This document shows positions 28,910-39,553 of a DNA stretch of 64,000 bases, piece after piece; position 1 is the stretch's first letter; the number at the start of each line of letters is the position of its first letter. Made by a program: the position numbers and the translations under genes. The stretch covers positions 1,196 to 65,195 of the forward strand of contig JAYVHB010000069.1 in the NCBI GenBank assembly GCA_043771555.1, in the 5' to 3' direction. Origin of the DNA: Flavobacterium sp. (GTDB lineage: Bacteria > Bacteroidota > Bacteroidia > Flavobacteriales > Flavobacteriaceae). The notes beneath the pieces are model-generated. The model made no database searches. It saw only the letters and a list, made by a program, of their open reading frames with translations, and was not told the origin of the DNA.

Positions 28910-30181
28910 TTACTTGGTAATGGTTTGCTTTCTATCTGGACCAACAGATACTATTTTTATAGGCACTTGAACTTCTTTTTCGATAAATTCAATGTATTCC
29001 TTCAGCTCTGAAGGTAAACTCTCAAAAGTGGTTAATCCTGTTAAATCTGCTTTCCAGCCTTTAAATTCAGTATAAACTGGTGCTACGTTTTCTTCTTCGA
29101 TATTGTAAGGCAAATGCAAAATTTGATTTCCTTTATAATTATATGAAGTACAAACTTTTAACGTTTCGAAGCCAGAAAGTACATCGCCTTTCATCATCAT
29201 AAGCTGCGTTACGCCGTTTATTTGAATAGCATATTTCAGGGCTACTAGATCCAACCAACCACAACGTCGTTTTCTGCCAGTAACCGATCCAAACTCGTTG
29301 CCAACTCGTGCCATCACGTCGCCAGCTTCTTCAAAATCTTCGGTAGGAAATGGACCAGAACCAACTCGTGTAGTATAGGCTTTGAAGATTCCGTAAACTT
29401 CTTTTATTTTGTTTGGCGCAATGCCTAATCCCGTGCATGCTCCAGCTGCCGTTGTGTTGGAGGATGTTACAAACGGATACGTACCAAAATCGACATCCAA
29501 TAAGGAACCTTGCGCGCCTTCGCAAAGTATTGATTTTCCTGCTACTTGGGCTTGGTGTAAATATTCTTCTGAATCTACAAAATCGAGTTTTTGAAGTTCT
29601 TCTATAGCTTCAAAAAATTCTTTTTCGAGTTCTGGAAGGTTGTATTGAATGGCAACATCGTAGAACTTTATCATTTCTTCGTGTTTGTTTGCCAAAGCTC
29701 GATATTTGTCCTTAAAATCTGAAAGTTCTATGTCGCCTACTCGCAGTCCGTTACGTCCAGTTTTGTCCATATAGGTTGGCCCTATTCCTTTGAGTGTAGA
29801 ACCTATTTTGGCTTTACCTTTGGAGGCTTCGCTGGCAGCATCTAGCAATCGATGCGTTGGTAATATTAGGTGCGCTTTTCTTGAAATAATTAATTTCGAC
29901 TTGATGTCTAAATTAAATTTTGCTAATCCGTCGATTTCTGATTTGAAGACCACTGGATCAATAACTACACCGTTACCAATGATATTTATGTTATTGTCAT
30001 GAAAGATTCCTGACGGAATGGTTCGCAAAACGTGTTTTATACCATCAAACTCCAAAGTGTGTCCCGCATTTGGACCGCCTTGAAAACGAGCTATTATGTC
30101 ATATTTGGAAGTAAGAACGTCTACGATTTTACCTTTGCCTTCGTCGCCCCATTGTAATCCGAGTAGTAAGTCTACGGTCAT
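28910..30181 (-). CDS. purA: Adenylosuccinate synthetase
   Basis: QWGDEGKGK, GGPNAGHT, EGAQG...GTYPFVTSS and TGRKRRCGWLD motifs. Confidence 0.98.
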   Translation of the reverse strand: MTVDLLLGLQWGDEGKGKIVDVLTSKYDIIARFQGGPNAGHTLEFDGIKHVLRTIPSGIFHDNNINIIGNGVVIDPVVFKSEIDGLAKFNLDIKSKLIISRKAHLILPTHRLLDAASEASKGKAKIGSTLKGIGPTYMDKTGRNGLRVGDIELSDFKDKYRALANKHEEMIKFYDVAIQYNLPELEKEFFEAIEELQKLDFVDSEEYLHQAQVAGKSILCEGAQGSLLDVDFGTYPFVTSSNTTAAGACTGLGIAPNKIKEVYGIFKAYTTRVGSGPFPTEDFEEAGDVMARVGNEFGSVTGRKRRCGWLDLVALKYAIQINGVTQLMMMKGDVLSGFETLKVCTSYNYKGNQILHLPYNIEEENVAPVYTEFKGWKADLTGLTTFESLPSELKEYIEFIEKEVQVPIKIVSVGPDRKQTITK

Positions 30182-30282
30182 TGTGTATTGTTTTAGCCCA
30201 TCCCTGCACTTCCCAAAGGGAAGGTATGTAAATTATAAATGGAGTTTATGTGTTGTTATTTAATATTCAAAATATTTATAAT

Positions 30283-30391
30283 CTAGCATCGATTGTAGCA
30301 AGTATCCTTGACTTTTTCAGTCAAGATAATGCGTAAATCAGGAAATGCGTTTCGGATTAAGCCCAAGCTCCTGAGACTTCGGGATTGCTCC
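30283..30391 (-). repeat. Degenerate copy of the GGAGC...GCTAG structured repeat
   Basis: ctagcatcgattgtagcaagtatccttgac...gtcaagat...tcagga...gctcc. Confidence 0.6.
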
Positions 30392-30849
30392 TACTTAATT
30401 TGTTTCTTTTTTGCATAAAAATATAGAGAATGACTTTCGATTTCGATTCCGAAAATGTCTTCCATGGTTTGTTTTATGGTTTGTATGCGTGGATCGCAAA
30501 ACTCGATTACTTCGCCGGTATCCAACATGATGATGTGATCGTGCTGCTTGTCGAAATAGGATTTTTCGTAATGGGCTTGGTTTTGCCCAAATTGATGTTT
30601 TCGCACCAAATTGCAATCTAGCAATAACTCGATGGTGTTATATAATGTTGCTCTTGAAACTCGATAATTTTTAAGTTTCATTTTGCCATACAGGTTTTCT
30701 ATGTCAAAATGCTCGTCGGTATTGTATATTTCTTCCAAAATGGCATAACGCTCGGGCGTTTTACGATGGCCTTTGGCTTCAAGATAAAGTGTAAAAACAT
30801 GTTTTACAGTTTCTTGATTTTTGATATTATCGGTAGCTATTAATGTCAT
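30391..30849 (-). CDS. fur: Fur-family transcriptional regulator
   Basis: [28 protein letters not shown]. Confidence 0.88.
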   Translation of the reverse strand: MTLIATDNIKNQETVKHVFTLYLEAKGHRKTPERYAILEEIYNTDEHFDIENLYGKMKLKNYRVSRATLYNTIELLLDCNLVRKHQFGQNQAHYEKSYFDKQHDHIIMLDTGEVIEFCDPRIQTIKQTMEDIFGIEIESHSLYFYAKKKQIK

Positions 30850-30907
30850 AATGGCAAATATAATTTTTATTTATTAGTATAAAATAATTTGTGGTTTAAA
30901 GTTTTTA

Positions 30908-33124
30908 TTAGTTATAAACCCTTGCCACTTTTTCTATACCTTGTATTTTCTTAATATTTTCTATTAATTTTTTTAAAATTGAATTGTTTTGCACAACAAC
31001 TGCTACTTGCCCTTTAAAAATTCCTGCTTCGCCACTGAGCGAAATACTTTGAATGTTAACATGCATATTGCCCGAAATTACTTTGGTCAACTCGTTGGTT
31101 AATCCCATAGAATCCATGCCTGTTATATTTAATATGGCTCTAAATTCTTGCTGTGACGAATCGATCCAGCGGGTTTGCAAAATCCTGTAAGCATAATTAG
31201 ATTGCATGGCCAATGCGTTTGGGCAATCTTTTTTATGTACTTTTATACCTTCGTTGATCGTTACAAATCCAAAAACTTCGTCACCAGGAATTGGGTTGCA
31301 ACAAGTAGATAATTTATAATCTAACTTATCTTGCTCGGCACCAAAAACGAGCATGTCGTAGTTGTTTGTTAGAACTTGTTTGTGAATGTCTTTGTCGGCA
31401 GTATTTGGTGCTCTTTTTATTTTGTTTTTCAAAAAAGTCATTAATACATTACTCTTTTGAGCTACATAATCTTTGATTTGCTGGTTTTCTATAGAACCAA
31501 TTCCGACACGGTAAAATAAATCAAGACTGGTTTTAAGTTTAAAAAAATTGACCATTTCATTGATTACTGTTTCTGAAATGGTAATTTTGAGGTGCTTGAG
31601 TTTTCGGGTTAATAATTCGCGACCTTCTTCGGCAATTTTTTTATTATTATCATTGAGTACGTTTCGGATTTTATTTTTGGCACGAGAAGTGGTCACAAAT
31701 TCGAGCCAATGCGCTGTTGGTTTTTGGTTTTGCGAAGTGATTATCTCTATTTGATCGCCACTTTTGAGTTCGTAATTGAGTTGTACTAATTTTCCGTTTA
31801 CACGAGTTCCTAAGGTTTTTATTCCTATTTCGGAGTGGATGCTAAATGCAAAATCCAATGATGTGGCTCCTTTGGGCAAGGATTTTATTTCGCCTTTGGG
31901 TGTAAAGACAAATATTTCTTTGGCATAAAGATTCATTTTGAAATCTTCTACAAAATCGACGGCATTGGTTTCTGAATTTTCTAAAGCTTCTTTGAGCAAG
32001 TTGAGCCAAATATCGAGACCGCTTTCTTCGGTGGCACCTTGTTTGTATTTATAATGTGCTGCATATCCTTTTTCGGCAATTTCGTCCATGCGCTCACTAC
32101 GCACTTGTACTTCTACCCAGCGTCCTTTTGGTCCCATAACCGTAATATGTAAGGCTTCATAACCTGTGGATTTTGGCGACGATATCCAATCTCGAAGTCG
32201 GCTCGGGCTTGGTCGGTAATGATCGGTTACTATAGAATAAACCTTCCAAGCTACAAATTTTTCGTCGTGTTGTGATGATTTGTAGACAATTCTGAGCGCA
32301 AACTTGTCATAAACTTCGTCAAAACTTACATTTTGTGCACTCATTTTACGACGAATGGAATAAATAGACTTTGGTCGACCCTTAATAATATAGTCTACAT
32401 TTTCTTCATCTAACGATTTTTTTAAAACATCAGATATTGTTTTAATGTACAAATCTTGTTCTTCTTTGGTTTCTTTGATCTTACTTACAATATCATTATA
32501 AACAACTGGTTCTGTAAATTTCAATCCCAAATCTTCTAGTTTGGTTTTTATATTGTACAATCCCAACCTGTGGGCAAGCGGTGCATAAATGTATAAAGTT
32601 TCGGAAGCTATTTTTATTTGTTTGTACTCGGGCATCGAGTCCATAGTTTGCATATTGTGTAACCTATCGGCGAGTTTTATGAGAATTACACGAACATCAT
32701 CATTGAGTGTCAAAAGCATTTTCCGAAAATTTTCGGCTTGCATCGAGACGTTCATGTCTTTTTTTACTTGCGAAATTTTAGTTAATCCTTCCACTAGTTG
32801 CGCTACTTTTGGATTAAACATTTTGGCAATATCTTCAACAGTAATATTTGTATCCTCGACTACATCATGCATAAGTGCAGCCGCAATTGATGTAGCACCA
32901 AGACCAATCTCTGAAGCAACAATTTTGGCAACAGCAATGGGATGAAAAATATACGCTTCGCCAGATTTGCGTCGTTGCTCTTTGTGCGCATCAACGGCAA
33001 CATCAAAAGCTTTACGAATAATTTTTTTGTCATCAAGAGATAATGTTTGATAACTTATTCGTAATAACTCTTTGTATTCGCGGGCAATTGCTTTATTTTC
33101 TACTTCAATGTCAATTTCGGTCAT
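30908..33124 (-). CDS. relA: Long RelA/SpoT homolog, bifunctional (p)ppGpp synthetase/hydrolase
   Basis: HDVVED hydrolase motif; IKLADRLHNM; GRPKSIYSIRRKM; EVQVRS; TGS, CC and ACT domains. Confidence 0.93.
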   Translation of the reverse strand: MTEIDIEVENKAIAREYKELLRISYQTLSLDDKKIIRKAFDVAVDAHKEQRRKSGEAYIFHPIAVAKIVASEIGLGATSIAAALMHDVVEDTNITVEDIAKMFNPKVAQLVEGLTKISQVKKDMNVSMQAENFRKMLLTLNDDVRVILIKLADRLHNMQTMDSMPEYKQIKIASETLYIYAPLAHRLGLYNIKTKLEDLGLKFTEPVVYNDIVSKIKETKEEQDLYIKTISDVLKKSLDEENVDYIIKGRPKSIYSIRRKMSAQNVSFDEVYDKFALRIVYKSSQHDEKFVAWKVYSIVTDHYRPSPSRLRDWISSPKSTGYEALHITVMGPKGRWVEVQVRSERMDEIAEKGYAAHYKYKQGATEESGLDIWLNLLKEALENSETNAVDFVEDFKMNLYAKEIFVFTPKGEIKSLPKGATSLDFAFSIHSEIGIKTLGTRVNGKLVQLNYELKSGDQIEIITSQNQKPTAHWLEFVTTSRAKNKIRNVLNDNNKKIAEEGRELLTRKLKHLKITISETVINEMVNFFKLKTSLDLFYRVGIGSIENQQIKDYVAQKSNVLMTFLKNKIKRAPNTADKDIHKQVLTNNYDMLVFGAEQDKLDYKLSTCCNPIPGDEVFGFVTINEGIKVHKKDCPNALAMQSNYAYRILQTRWIDSSQQEFRAILNITGMDSMGLTNELTKVISGNMHVNIQSISLSGEAGIFKGQVAVVVQNNSILKKLIENIKKIQGIEKVARVYN

Positions 33125-33187
33125 ACCAATTTTAGTTCAATTTTTAAAATTAGTAATTACAAATGAATTTTGCAAGAATAAAATTAA

Positions 33188-34168
33188 TTAGAACATTTTT
33201 AGACTTTTTATTTTTTTAGTTACATCTGTTCCACCCCATTCAATGTATGTGAAACCTTCCCTTTTTACGGAGATTAAATCTTGGGGTTTTACATCAATTG
33301 GGTTTTCTAGATTATAAAAATCCATAAACAATCTAATTTCAGAATCTGGTTTGGGATTAATTATACTTTTAGAAATTCCGTTATAATCATCATTTATCCA
33401 AAAATGAATAAAATTAATATCATTTTTTTCTAAAATTGGTAACCAAAATTGAATAAAATCATTTGTTTCAGAATTTGATAACCCAATCAAATCTAATTTA
33501 TCAATAAAAAATGAAGTCAAATCTTTTTTATAAACAATAAATCCGTCTTTATAGTTAAAATGATTTTTAGAAAAATTTGAAATACCATCCCAAAATAGTG
33601 AATTGTAATATCGATTTGTTTTTTTATCAAAAATTTTTCCATCAGGAAATGCAGTTAATTCCCAACTTAATTCATAATTAGGAAATGTTGTCTCTATTTT
33701 TCCCTTATAATCCAATCGAATTGAAATTTCTTCATTTTTGGTTGGATAAAGATAAATTACTGGTTTTAAAGTTCTTGCATTATTTATCAATCTAACATTT
33801 ACAAGTTTTAGAAATCGAACATCATTTTTTAAATTATCAACTTTCGATTTTATTTTTAATTCAATATTTTCAAAACCAATGAATGAGAAGATTACAATAT
33901 CATTGTTTTTTGTATTTAAAGTATATTTTCCATCAATATTAGTTTGAGTACCAATTTTAGTGCCTTTAATAAACACATTAGCAGAAGGAATTGGCAAGCC
34001 ATATTCGTCAGTAACAATTCCTGTTACTTCTATCGACCCCTGGTATTCAAATGAATCTACAAAAGTCGAATCTTTTGTCACCAGAGTACTAGATAACGTT
34101 TTGTTTTGAAGTTTTTTTCCACAGGAAAAAAATATAAATACGACCAGAATTATAAATAAGTTCTTCAT
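33188..34168 (-). CDS. Probable lipoprotein: carboxypeptidase-regulatory-like domain plus an uncharacterised KPVIYLYP domain
   Basis: FFSC lipobox-like sequence; VTGIVTDEYGLPIPSANVFIKGT...FSFIGF; KPVIYLYP...DFIQFWLP...REGFTYIEWGG; AT-rich. Confidence 0.75.
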   Translation of the reverse strand: MKNLFIILVVFIFFSCGKKLQNKTLSSTLVTKDSTFVDSFEYQGSIEVTGIVTDEYGLPIPSANVFIKGTKIGTQTNIDGKYTLNTKNNDIVIFSFIGFENIELKIKSKVDNLKNDVRFLKLVNVRLINNARTLKPVIYLYPTKNEEISIRLDYKGKIETTFPNYELSWELTAFPDGKIFDKKTNRYYNSLFWDGISNFSKNHFNYKDGFIVYKKDLTSFFIDKLDLIGLSNSETNDFIQFWLPILEKNDINFIHFWINDDYNGISKSIINPKPDSEIRLFMDFYNLENPIDVKPQDLISVKREGFTYIEWGGTDVTKKIKSLKMF

Positions 34169-34169
34169 A

Positions 34170-35582
34170 TTAAAATTTATTTTCAACTTCGGCTGCTTGT
34201 AACATCAAATAATGCAAATCGGTATTTTTAACAAATGAAGGAAGCGACTCACTTCCGGGACCAAACATGGCGAGCTCAACATAATCGCCTGTATGTTCGG
34301 TACTTATCCAACCCACAGCGTTTCGGGTTTTTTGAAGTTCGGAGTAGTATTGCAAAGGCACATTTTTGTAATTATATAAGCCATTTTCGGGTTTTTCTAA
34401 TCCATTATAATAACTCAATATTTTTTTGTTTTCATCGTCAGTTAGTTTAAATCCGTTGGCATAATCGACCAACTCGTCCAGTTTAGAAGCCGAAGTATCT
34501 TTGGTTATCTGATTCAGAAGCCATTCGTTGGTTTTGGTGTATTTCATGGTTGTTTCGAAACGTGTGGTTACGTCTTTTCCGTACATCAAACCTGGATTAG
34601 CATTGCCATGATCGGTTGTAATAATGACCAAAGTATTTTTGTCTTTAGTTGCAAAATCTAAGGCAACTTTTACGGCATCATCAAAGGCTAATTGATCGTG
34701 AATCAAACCTGCAATATCATTGGCATGTGCCGCCCAATCTACCCGTCCGCCTTCTACTTGCATTACAAATCCGTTTTTGTTATCGAGGTGTGTGATTGCA
34801 TTTGCTGTCATTTCTGCCAAAGTAGGCTGTTCTTTAGACAATTGCGAGTCGGTTTGTCTGTCAATTTCATAATCCATTCCGTTTTCTGCAAAAAGCCCTA
34901 AAACGGGTTTATTGCTTTTAATGTTAGAAAGTTGTTCTTTTTTATGAAGTACTTGATAGCCTTTTAGGGAAAATTCTGCTAGCAAATCACGTTTGTCTTT
35001 TCGTTTGTTTTTGTCAAAAAATTCGAGTCCGCCGCCCATCATAAAATCAAAATTCAATGCCAAATAATTTTCGGCAATATCATCTTGGCTTCCTCGGCTT
35101 TTGCTGTTAGTACAAAAACTAGAAGGTGTGGCATGCGTTATTGGAACGGTGGTTACGCAACCTACTTTTTTTCCTTTTTGTTTAAATTTCTGGAGTATTG
35201 GCAAATATTCTTCGCCGTTAATCCCGACATTTATGGAACCGTTATTTACCCGAAAACCGCCACCCCAAGCTGACCCACCAGCAGCCGAATCGGTAACTAG
35301 CGAACTTGCCGACTCGGTGTCCATCAAGGCGCGAACCAATTTTTTGTCTTTATAACCCTGAATCCAATGCGTGTCTTGACCTAGTTTGTGGTTTTTAAAA
35401 ACATTGGCCATCGTCAAGGTGCCTTGACTCATACCGTCGGCAACCATGAAAATAATATTTTTGGCTTTATGATTTTTAAACGTTTCGGTACTTATGTTGC
35501 GTGCTTGAGTATCAAATGGTGCAATTATTGACGCTCCAATAGTAAAAAGCGAACCGTTTTGCAGAAATTTTCTTCTATTCAT
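34170..35582 (-). CDS. Alkaline phosphatase (PhoA family) with Tat signal
   Basis: MNRRKFLQ; NIIFMVADGM; VTDSAA; THATP; VEGGRVDWAAHAND; TTDH. Confidence 0.9.
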   Translation of the reverse strand: MNRRKFLQNGSLFTIGASIIAPFDTQARNISTETFKNHKAKNIIFMVADGMSQGTLTMANVFKNHKLGQDTHWIQGYKDKKLVRALMDTESASSLVTDSAAGGSAWGGGFRVNNGSINVGINGEEYLPILQKFKQKGKKVGCVTTVPITHATPSSFCTNSKSRGSQDDIAENYLALNFDFMMGGGLEFFDKNKRKDKRDLLAEFSLKGYQVLHKKEQLSNIKSNKPVLGLFAENGMDYEIDRQTDSQLSKEQPTLAEMTANAITHLDNKNGFVMQVEGGRVDWAAHANDIAGLIHDQLAFDDAVKVALDFATKDKNTLVIITTDHGNANPGLMYGKDVTTRFETTMKYTKTNEWLLNQITKDTSASKLDELVDYANGFKLTDDENKKILSYYNGLEKPENGLYNYKNVPLQYYSELQKTRNAVGWISTEHTGDYVELAMFGPGSESLPSFVKNTDLHYLMLQAAEVENKF

Positions 35583-35648
35583 TGTAAAAATAAATTTATA
35601 TTTTCAAAGATAGAAAACAATCTTGAAGTGCATGTTAAGGAAACAAAA

Positions 35649-36374
35649 TTATTCGCGGACAATAATTATAGAAGCTTTGAAGCCGGTGGCAAGAGCATAA
35701 ACTTGACCTGAGATTACTTTGTTTTGATCGTCTAAAATAAGATACTGCGTTGTATTTGGACTATTATAGCCTTCATTCAACATGATAAAGTCTATCTTGT
35801 TAATACCTTTTTCTAAGTTGACATTTATTTTCTGAAAGTCATACTGCAGTGTAATTTGTTCTACATATAACTTGCCATTAACGTATATACTAATTCGGTC
35901 GCCGTCGATTTCCCCATGGTCTTTACAATTTAAAGTTACAAAAGTACTTTTAGTTCTGAACTCACCAAACGATTCATTTTTACGAAAAACACTATAATCA
36001 ATGTTAGGATCGCCTTCTAGAGCTTGGATTTTTTTATTTAATTTCTCAACAATTTTATCACCAGGATTAGCAAAAGGTCTTTTATTTTCCATCGAGATGG
36101 GTTTTGCTCCAATAGTCTTTGATGGTAACATTGGTGCAGGATTCGAAAATGGATTTGGGTTTGTGGCAGGTTTATCGTCAGTAACTGATGGGTTGACTGG
36201 CTCCATACCCGTAAATGGATTTTCGGGTTTTGGTTCTGGCTTTTCAGGTTTTGGTACTTCTATTTTTTTGGATGGCGTAATCGGAAAGGATTTTTTCTTC
36301 AAAAATTCATTTTTTTGAGAAAAGCCTTCTGATAAAGATAGAAATAAGAATAAAAAAGAAAGCAATAACTTCAT
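35649..36374 (-). CDS. Secreted hypothetical protein
   Basis: Signal peptide, Pro-rich linker, C-terminal DHGEIDGDRI...LNEGYNSPNT domain. Confidence 0.7.
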   Translation of the reverse strand: MKLLLSFLFLFLSLSEGFSQKNEFLKKKSFPITPSKKIEVPKPEKPEPKPENPFTGMEPVNPSVTDDKPATNPNPFSNPAPMLPSKTIGAKPISMENKRPFANPGDKIVEKLNKKIQALEGDPNIDYSVFRKNESFGEFRTKSTFVTLNCKDHGEIDGDRISIYVNGKLYVEQITLQYDFQKINVNLEKGINKIDFIMLNEGYNSPNTTQYLILDDQNKVISGQVYALATGFKASIIIVRE

Positions 36375-36610
36375 TTTTGTATTTTTTGTAAATTTAAATC
36401 AAAAATAATGCCAGCCAAAGAGTTTAACTTTTTGCTATAGTTCTTTGTATTGTTTTTAAATATCCAAATTTTAGCATCTGCATTTTAATGAATAGATTGA
36501 GGAATTTTAAAACACATAGAGTCATAGATTAATCTGTTGAAAAAGAATACAATAGAATTTTATTTTTCACATAGCTATGAATTCAAATTTTTAATATAAA
36601 AATATAAAAA

Positions 36611-37819
36611 CTACAAATCAATCAAAATTTGATTTTTCAAAATATCGGCAATCGTTTCTCTTTCTCGTATTAAGTTTCCTTTTCCATCTTTCCACAAAAC
36701 CTCGGCGGGTTTGTAGCGCGAATTATAGTTGGATGCCATCGAGAAGCAATAGGCACCAGCATTACGAAAATTAAGAACATCGCCTTCTGTAATTTCGTGA
36801 ATGCGTCGGTTGTTTCCAAAAGTATCGGTTTCGCAAATATAACCTACTACGGTATAAAATCGCTCCTTGCCTTTTGGGTTCGAGATGTTCTCGATATGAT
36901 GTTGCGAACCATACAACATTGGTCTAATAAGGTGATTAAAACCTGAATCGACTCCAGCAAAAACTGTGGAAGTGGTTTGTTTTACAACATTTACGGTAGC
37001 CAGAAAATTTCCAGCTTCGCTCACTAAATATTTTCCTGGTTCGAAAGCCAAGGTTAGATTGCGACCATATTCTTTCTCGAATTGATTGAAGCGTTTTGAT
37101 AATTTTCGACCCAGTTCTTCAAGATCAGTTTCGATATCGCCTCTGTGATACGGAACTTTAAAACCAGATCCGAAATCTAGAAAATCTAAGTTTTTGAAAT
37201 TTTTGGCCGAATCAAAAAGGATTTCAGCAGCATATAAAAAAACTTCAATATCCAAAATATCTGATCCTGTGTGCATGTGAATGCCGTTGATGTGCATATT
37301 TGTATTTTCGACAATGCGAAGAATGTGAGGCATTTGATGTATAGAAATCCCAAATTTGCTATCGATATGTCCTACCGAAATATTGGCATTTCCGCCAGCC
37401 ATAACATGTGGATTGAGACGAATACAAACTGGAATATGCGGATATTTGGCTCCAAATTGTTCCAAAATTGAAAGATTATCGATATTAATTTGAATGTTTC
37501 CATAACCAACGGCTTGTTCTATCTCTTCGATGGAAACACCGTTTGGCGTAAAAATAATTTCTTCGGGTAAAAACCCAGCTTTCAAGCCCAATTGTACTTC
37601 TTGCACAGAAACAGTATCTAGATTGGCTCCAAAAGTTCGCATTAATTTCAGAATCGAAATATTGGACAACGCCTTGCAAGCATAATTGATGCGAAGTCTG
37701 GCTACTTTTGAAAAGGCTTTTTCGAGTCGGTTGTATTGAAATTCGATTTTAGCAGCATCGTATACATATAAAGGTGTTTCGAAAGTTTCGGCAAGAGCAA
37801 GTAAATCTGATGTTTGCAT
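36611..37819 (-). CDS. lysA: Diaminopimelate decarboxylase
   Basis: TPLYVYD, YACKA, SKFGI, HMHTGS, EPGKYLV, CETD and GAYCFSMASNYN motifs. Confidence 0.95.
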   Translation of the reverse strand: MQTSDLLALAETFETPLYVYDAAKIEFQYNRLEKAFSKVARLRINYACKALSNISILKLMRTFGANLDTVSVQEVQLGLKAGFLPEEIIFTPNGVSIEEIEQAVGYGNIQINIDNLSILEQFGAKYPHIPVCIRLNPHVMAGGNANISVGHIDSKFGISIHQMPHILRIVENTNMHINGIHMHTGSDILDIEVFLYAAEILFDSAKNFKNLDFLDFGSGFKVPYHRGDIETDLEELGRKLSKRFNQFEKEYGRNLTLAFEPGKYLVSEAGNFLATVNVVKQTTSTVFAGVDSGFNHLIRPMLYGSQHHIENISNPKGKERFYTVVGYICETDTFGNNRRIHEITEGDVLNFRNAGAYCFSMASNYNSRYKPAEVLWKDGKGNLIRERETIADILKNQILIDL

Positions 37820-37888
37820 GATTCTTTTTTTTACAAAGTTATTATTTGGTTTTCTATAATCCTAAAGAAATCATTGAAGACAGATGCC

Positions 37889-37968
37889 CTAGCCCCGATA
37901 GCAGTGGAAATCCTTGTCTCGTTTTTCAGAACGAGACAAGATTGTAACGAATAGCGGGAAATAGCTTC
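37889..37968 (-). repeat. GGAGC...GCTAG family structured repeat
   Basis: ctagccccgatagcagtggaaatccttgtctcgtt...aacgagacaagattgtaacgaatagcggga. Confidence 0.8.
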
Positions 37969-38032
37969 AAAAAATTATGAAATAAGAGATTAAATAATTA
38001 ATTTTGCAACTTCAAAAAAATGTAAGATTCCG

Positions 38033-39292
38033 ATGATAAAAGATTTATTCGAAAGAATTCAGAACAATAAAGGCCCACTAGGAAAATGGGCGTCGCAAGC
38101 AGAAGGTTATTTTGTTTTTCCAAAATTGGAGGGCGAACTTGGACCTCGAATGATGTTTCATGGCAAAGAGATCCTCAATTGGTCTATAAATGATTATTTG
38201 GGATTGGCAAATCATCCAGAAGTGCGCCAAGCAGATACGGATGCTGCTATCAAATATGGCGCGGCTTACCCTATGGGCGCTCGAATGATGAGTGGTCATA
38301 CGGATGCGCACGAACAACTGGAAAATGAGTTGGCTTCATTCGTACAAAAAGAAGCTTGCTATTTGCTAAACTTTGGTTACCAAGGTATTATGTCTACTAT
38401 TGACGCTTTGGTGACTAAAAATGATATTATTGTTTATGATGTTGATGCGCATGCTTGTATTATTGACGGCGTACGATTGCATATGGGTAAACGTTTCACT
38501 TATCGTCATAATGACCTTGAAAGCATGGAAAAAAACCTGCAGCGTGCTACGAAAATGGCCGAAGAAACAGGTGGTGGAATCCTTTTTATCACAGAAGGTG
38601 TTTTCGGAATGCGCGGACAACAAGGCAAACTTCGTGAGGTTGTGGAACTGAAAAAGAAATACAATTTTAGACTTCTTGTTGACGATGCGCACGGTTTTGG
38701 AACTTTAGGAAAAACAGGTGCAGGTGCAGGCGAAGAGCAAGGTGTTCAGGCAGATATTGATGTATATTTTTCGACTTTTGCAAAATCGATGGCGAGTATT
38801 GGTGCTTTTATTGCTGCCGATAAAGATGTGATTGATTACTTGAAATATAACTTACGCTCGCAAATGTTTGCTAAATCCTTGCCAATGATACAAACGGTTG
38901 GGGCTCTAAAACGTTTGGAATTGCTAAGAAAATCGTCTGACTTGAAAGACAAACTTTGGGTAAATGTTAACGCGCTACAAAATGGGTTGAGAGAGAAAGG
39001 CTTTAATATTGGAGATACTAATACTTGTGTTACTCCCGTTTATCTTGAAGGTTCTATACCAGAAGCGATGATTATGGTTAATGATTTGAGAGAAAATTAC
39101 GGAATTTTCTTGTCTATAGTAGTTTATCCCGTTATCCCGAAAGGAATTATCTTATTGCGAATGATTCCGACTGCAAGTCATACACTCGAAGATGTTTCAG
39201 AAACATTATCTGCATTTGAAGCGATTCGTGAAAAATTAACTAGCGGAACGTATAAAGAAATTGCCGATCGAACAACAGTTGATGTATCCTAA
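38033..39292 (+). CDS. Alpha-oxoamine synthase family enzyme, probable cysteate acyltransferase (capnine/sulfonolipid synthesis)
   Basis: GYFVFPKLEGELGP, NDYLGL, DDAHG and TFAKS (PLP Lys). Has FAKSLP where serine palmitoyltransferases typically have FSAS. Confidence 0.7.
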   Translation: MIKDLFERIQNNKGPLGKWASQAEGYFVFPKLEGELGPRMMFHGKEILNWSINDYLGLANHPEVRQADTDAAIKYGAAYPMGARMMSGHTDAHEQLENELASFVQKEACYLLNFGYQGIMSTIDALVTKNDIIVYDVDAHACIIDGVRLHMGKRFTYRHNDLESMEKNLQRATKMAEETGGGILFITEGVFGMRGQQGKLREVVELKKKYNFRLLVDDAHGFGTLGKTGAGAGEEQGVQADIDVYFSTFAKSMASIGAFIAADKDVIDYLKYNLRSQMFAKSLPMIQTVGALKRLELLRKSSDLKDKLWVNVNALQNGLREKGFNIGDTNTCVTPVYLEGSIPEAMIMVNDLRENYGIFLSIVVYPVIPKGIILLRMIPTASHTLEDVSETLSAFEAIREKLTSGTYKEIADRTTVDVS

Positions 39293-39387
39293 TTTTATCA
39301 AAATCCATATAATTTTATAAATTGAATTTTAGTTTGTATGACTAATAGCAGTAATTAAAATTCAAATAAATTTATATTCGTAATTAG

Positions 39388-39418
39388 TTTGCAAACCACA
39401 AAACAGTTTTTATATTTG
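39388..39418 (+). promoter_or_regulatory. Bacteroidota primary-sigma promoter for tRNA-Tyr
   Basis: TTTG (39388-39391), 19-nt spacer, TATATTTG (39411-39418). Confidence 0.75.
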
Positions 39419-39430
39419 CGCACGCTTTTC

Positions 39431-39511
39431 GGGGAGATACTCAAGCGGCCAACGAGGGCAGACTGTAAATCTGCTGTGTGAACTTCGCAGGTTCGAATCC
39501 TGCTCTCCCCA
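39431..39511 (+). tRNA. tRNA-Tyr(GTA); CCA not encoded
   Basis: GGGGAGA/TCTCCCC acceptor stem; GCAGA-CTGTAAA-TCTGC anticodon arm; long variable arm; GCAGG-TTCGAAT-CCTGC T arm. Confidence 0.97.
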
Positions 39512-39516
39512 CAAAT

Positions 39517-39551
39517 AAAACCCATTTCAAAATAATTGAAATGGTTTTTTT
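39517..39551. terminator. Bidirectional terminator between tRNA-Tyr and the rhodanese gene
   Basis: aaaacccatttcaa-aataa-ttgaaatggttttttt. Confidence 0.75.
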
Positions 39552-39553
39552 AT

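Noticed and set aside
30195-30223. Short hairpin cttccc-aaa-gggaag upstream of purA as a purine riboswitch
   Set aside because: No three-way-junction riboswitch core; it looks like a small REP-like remnant and is too short to support a call.
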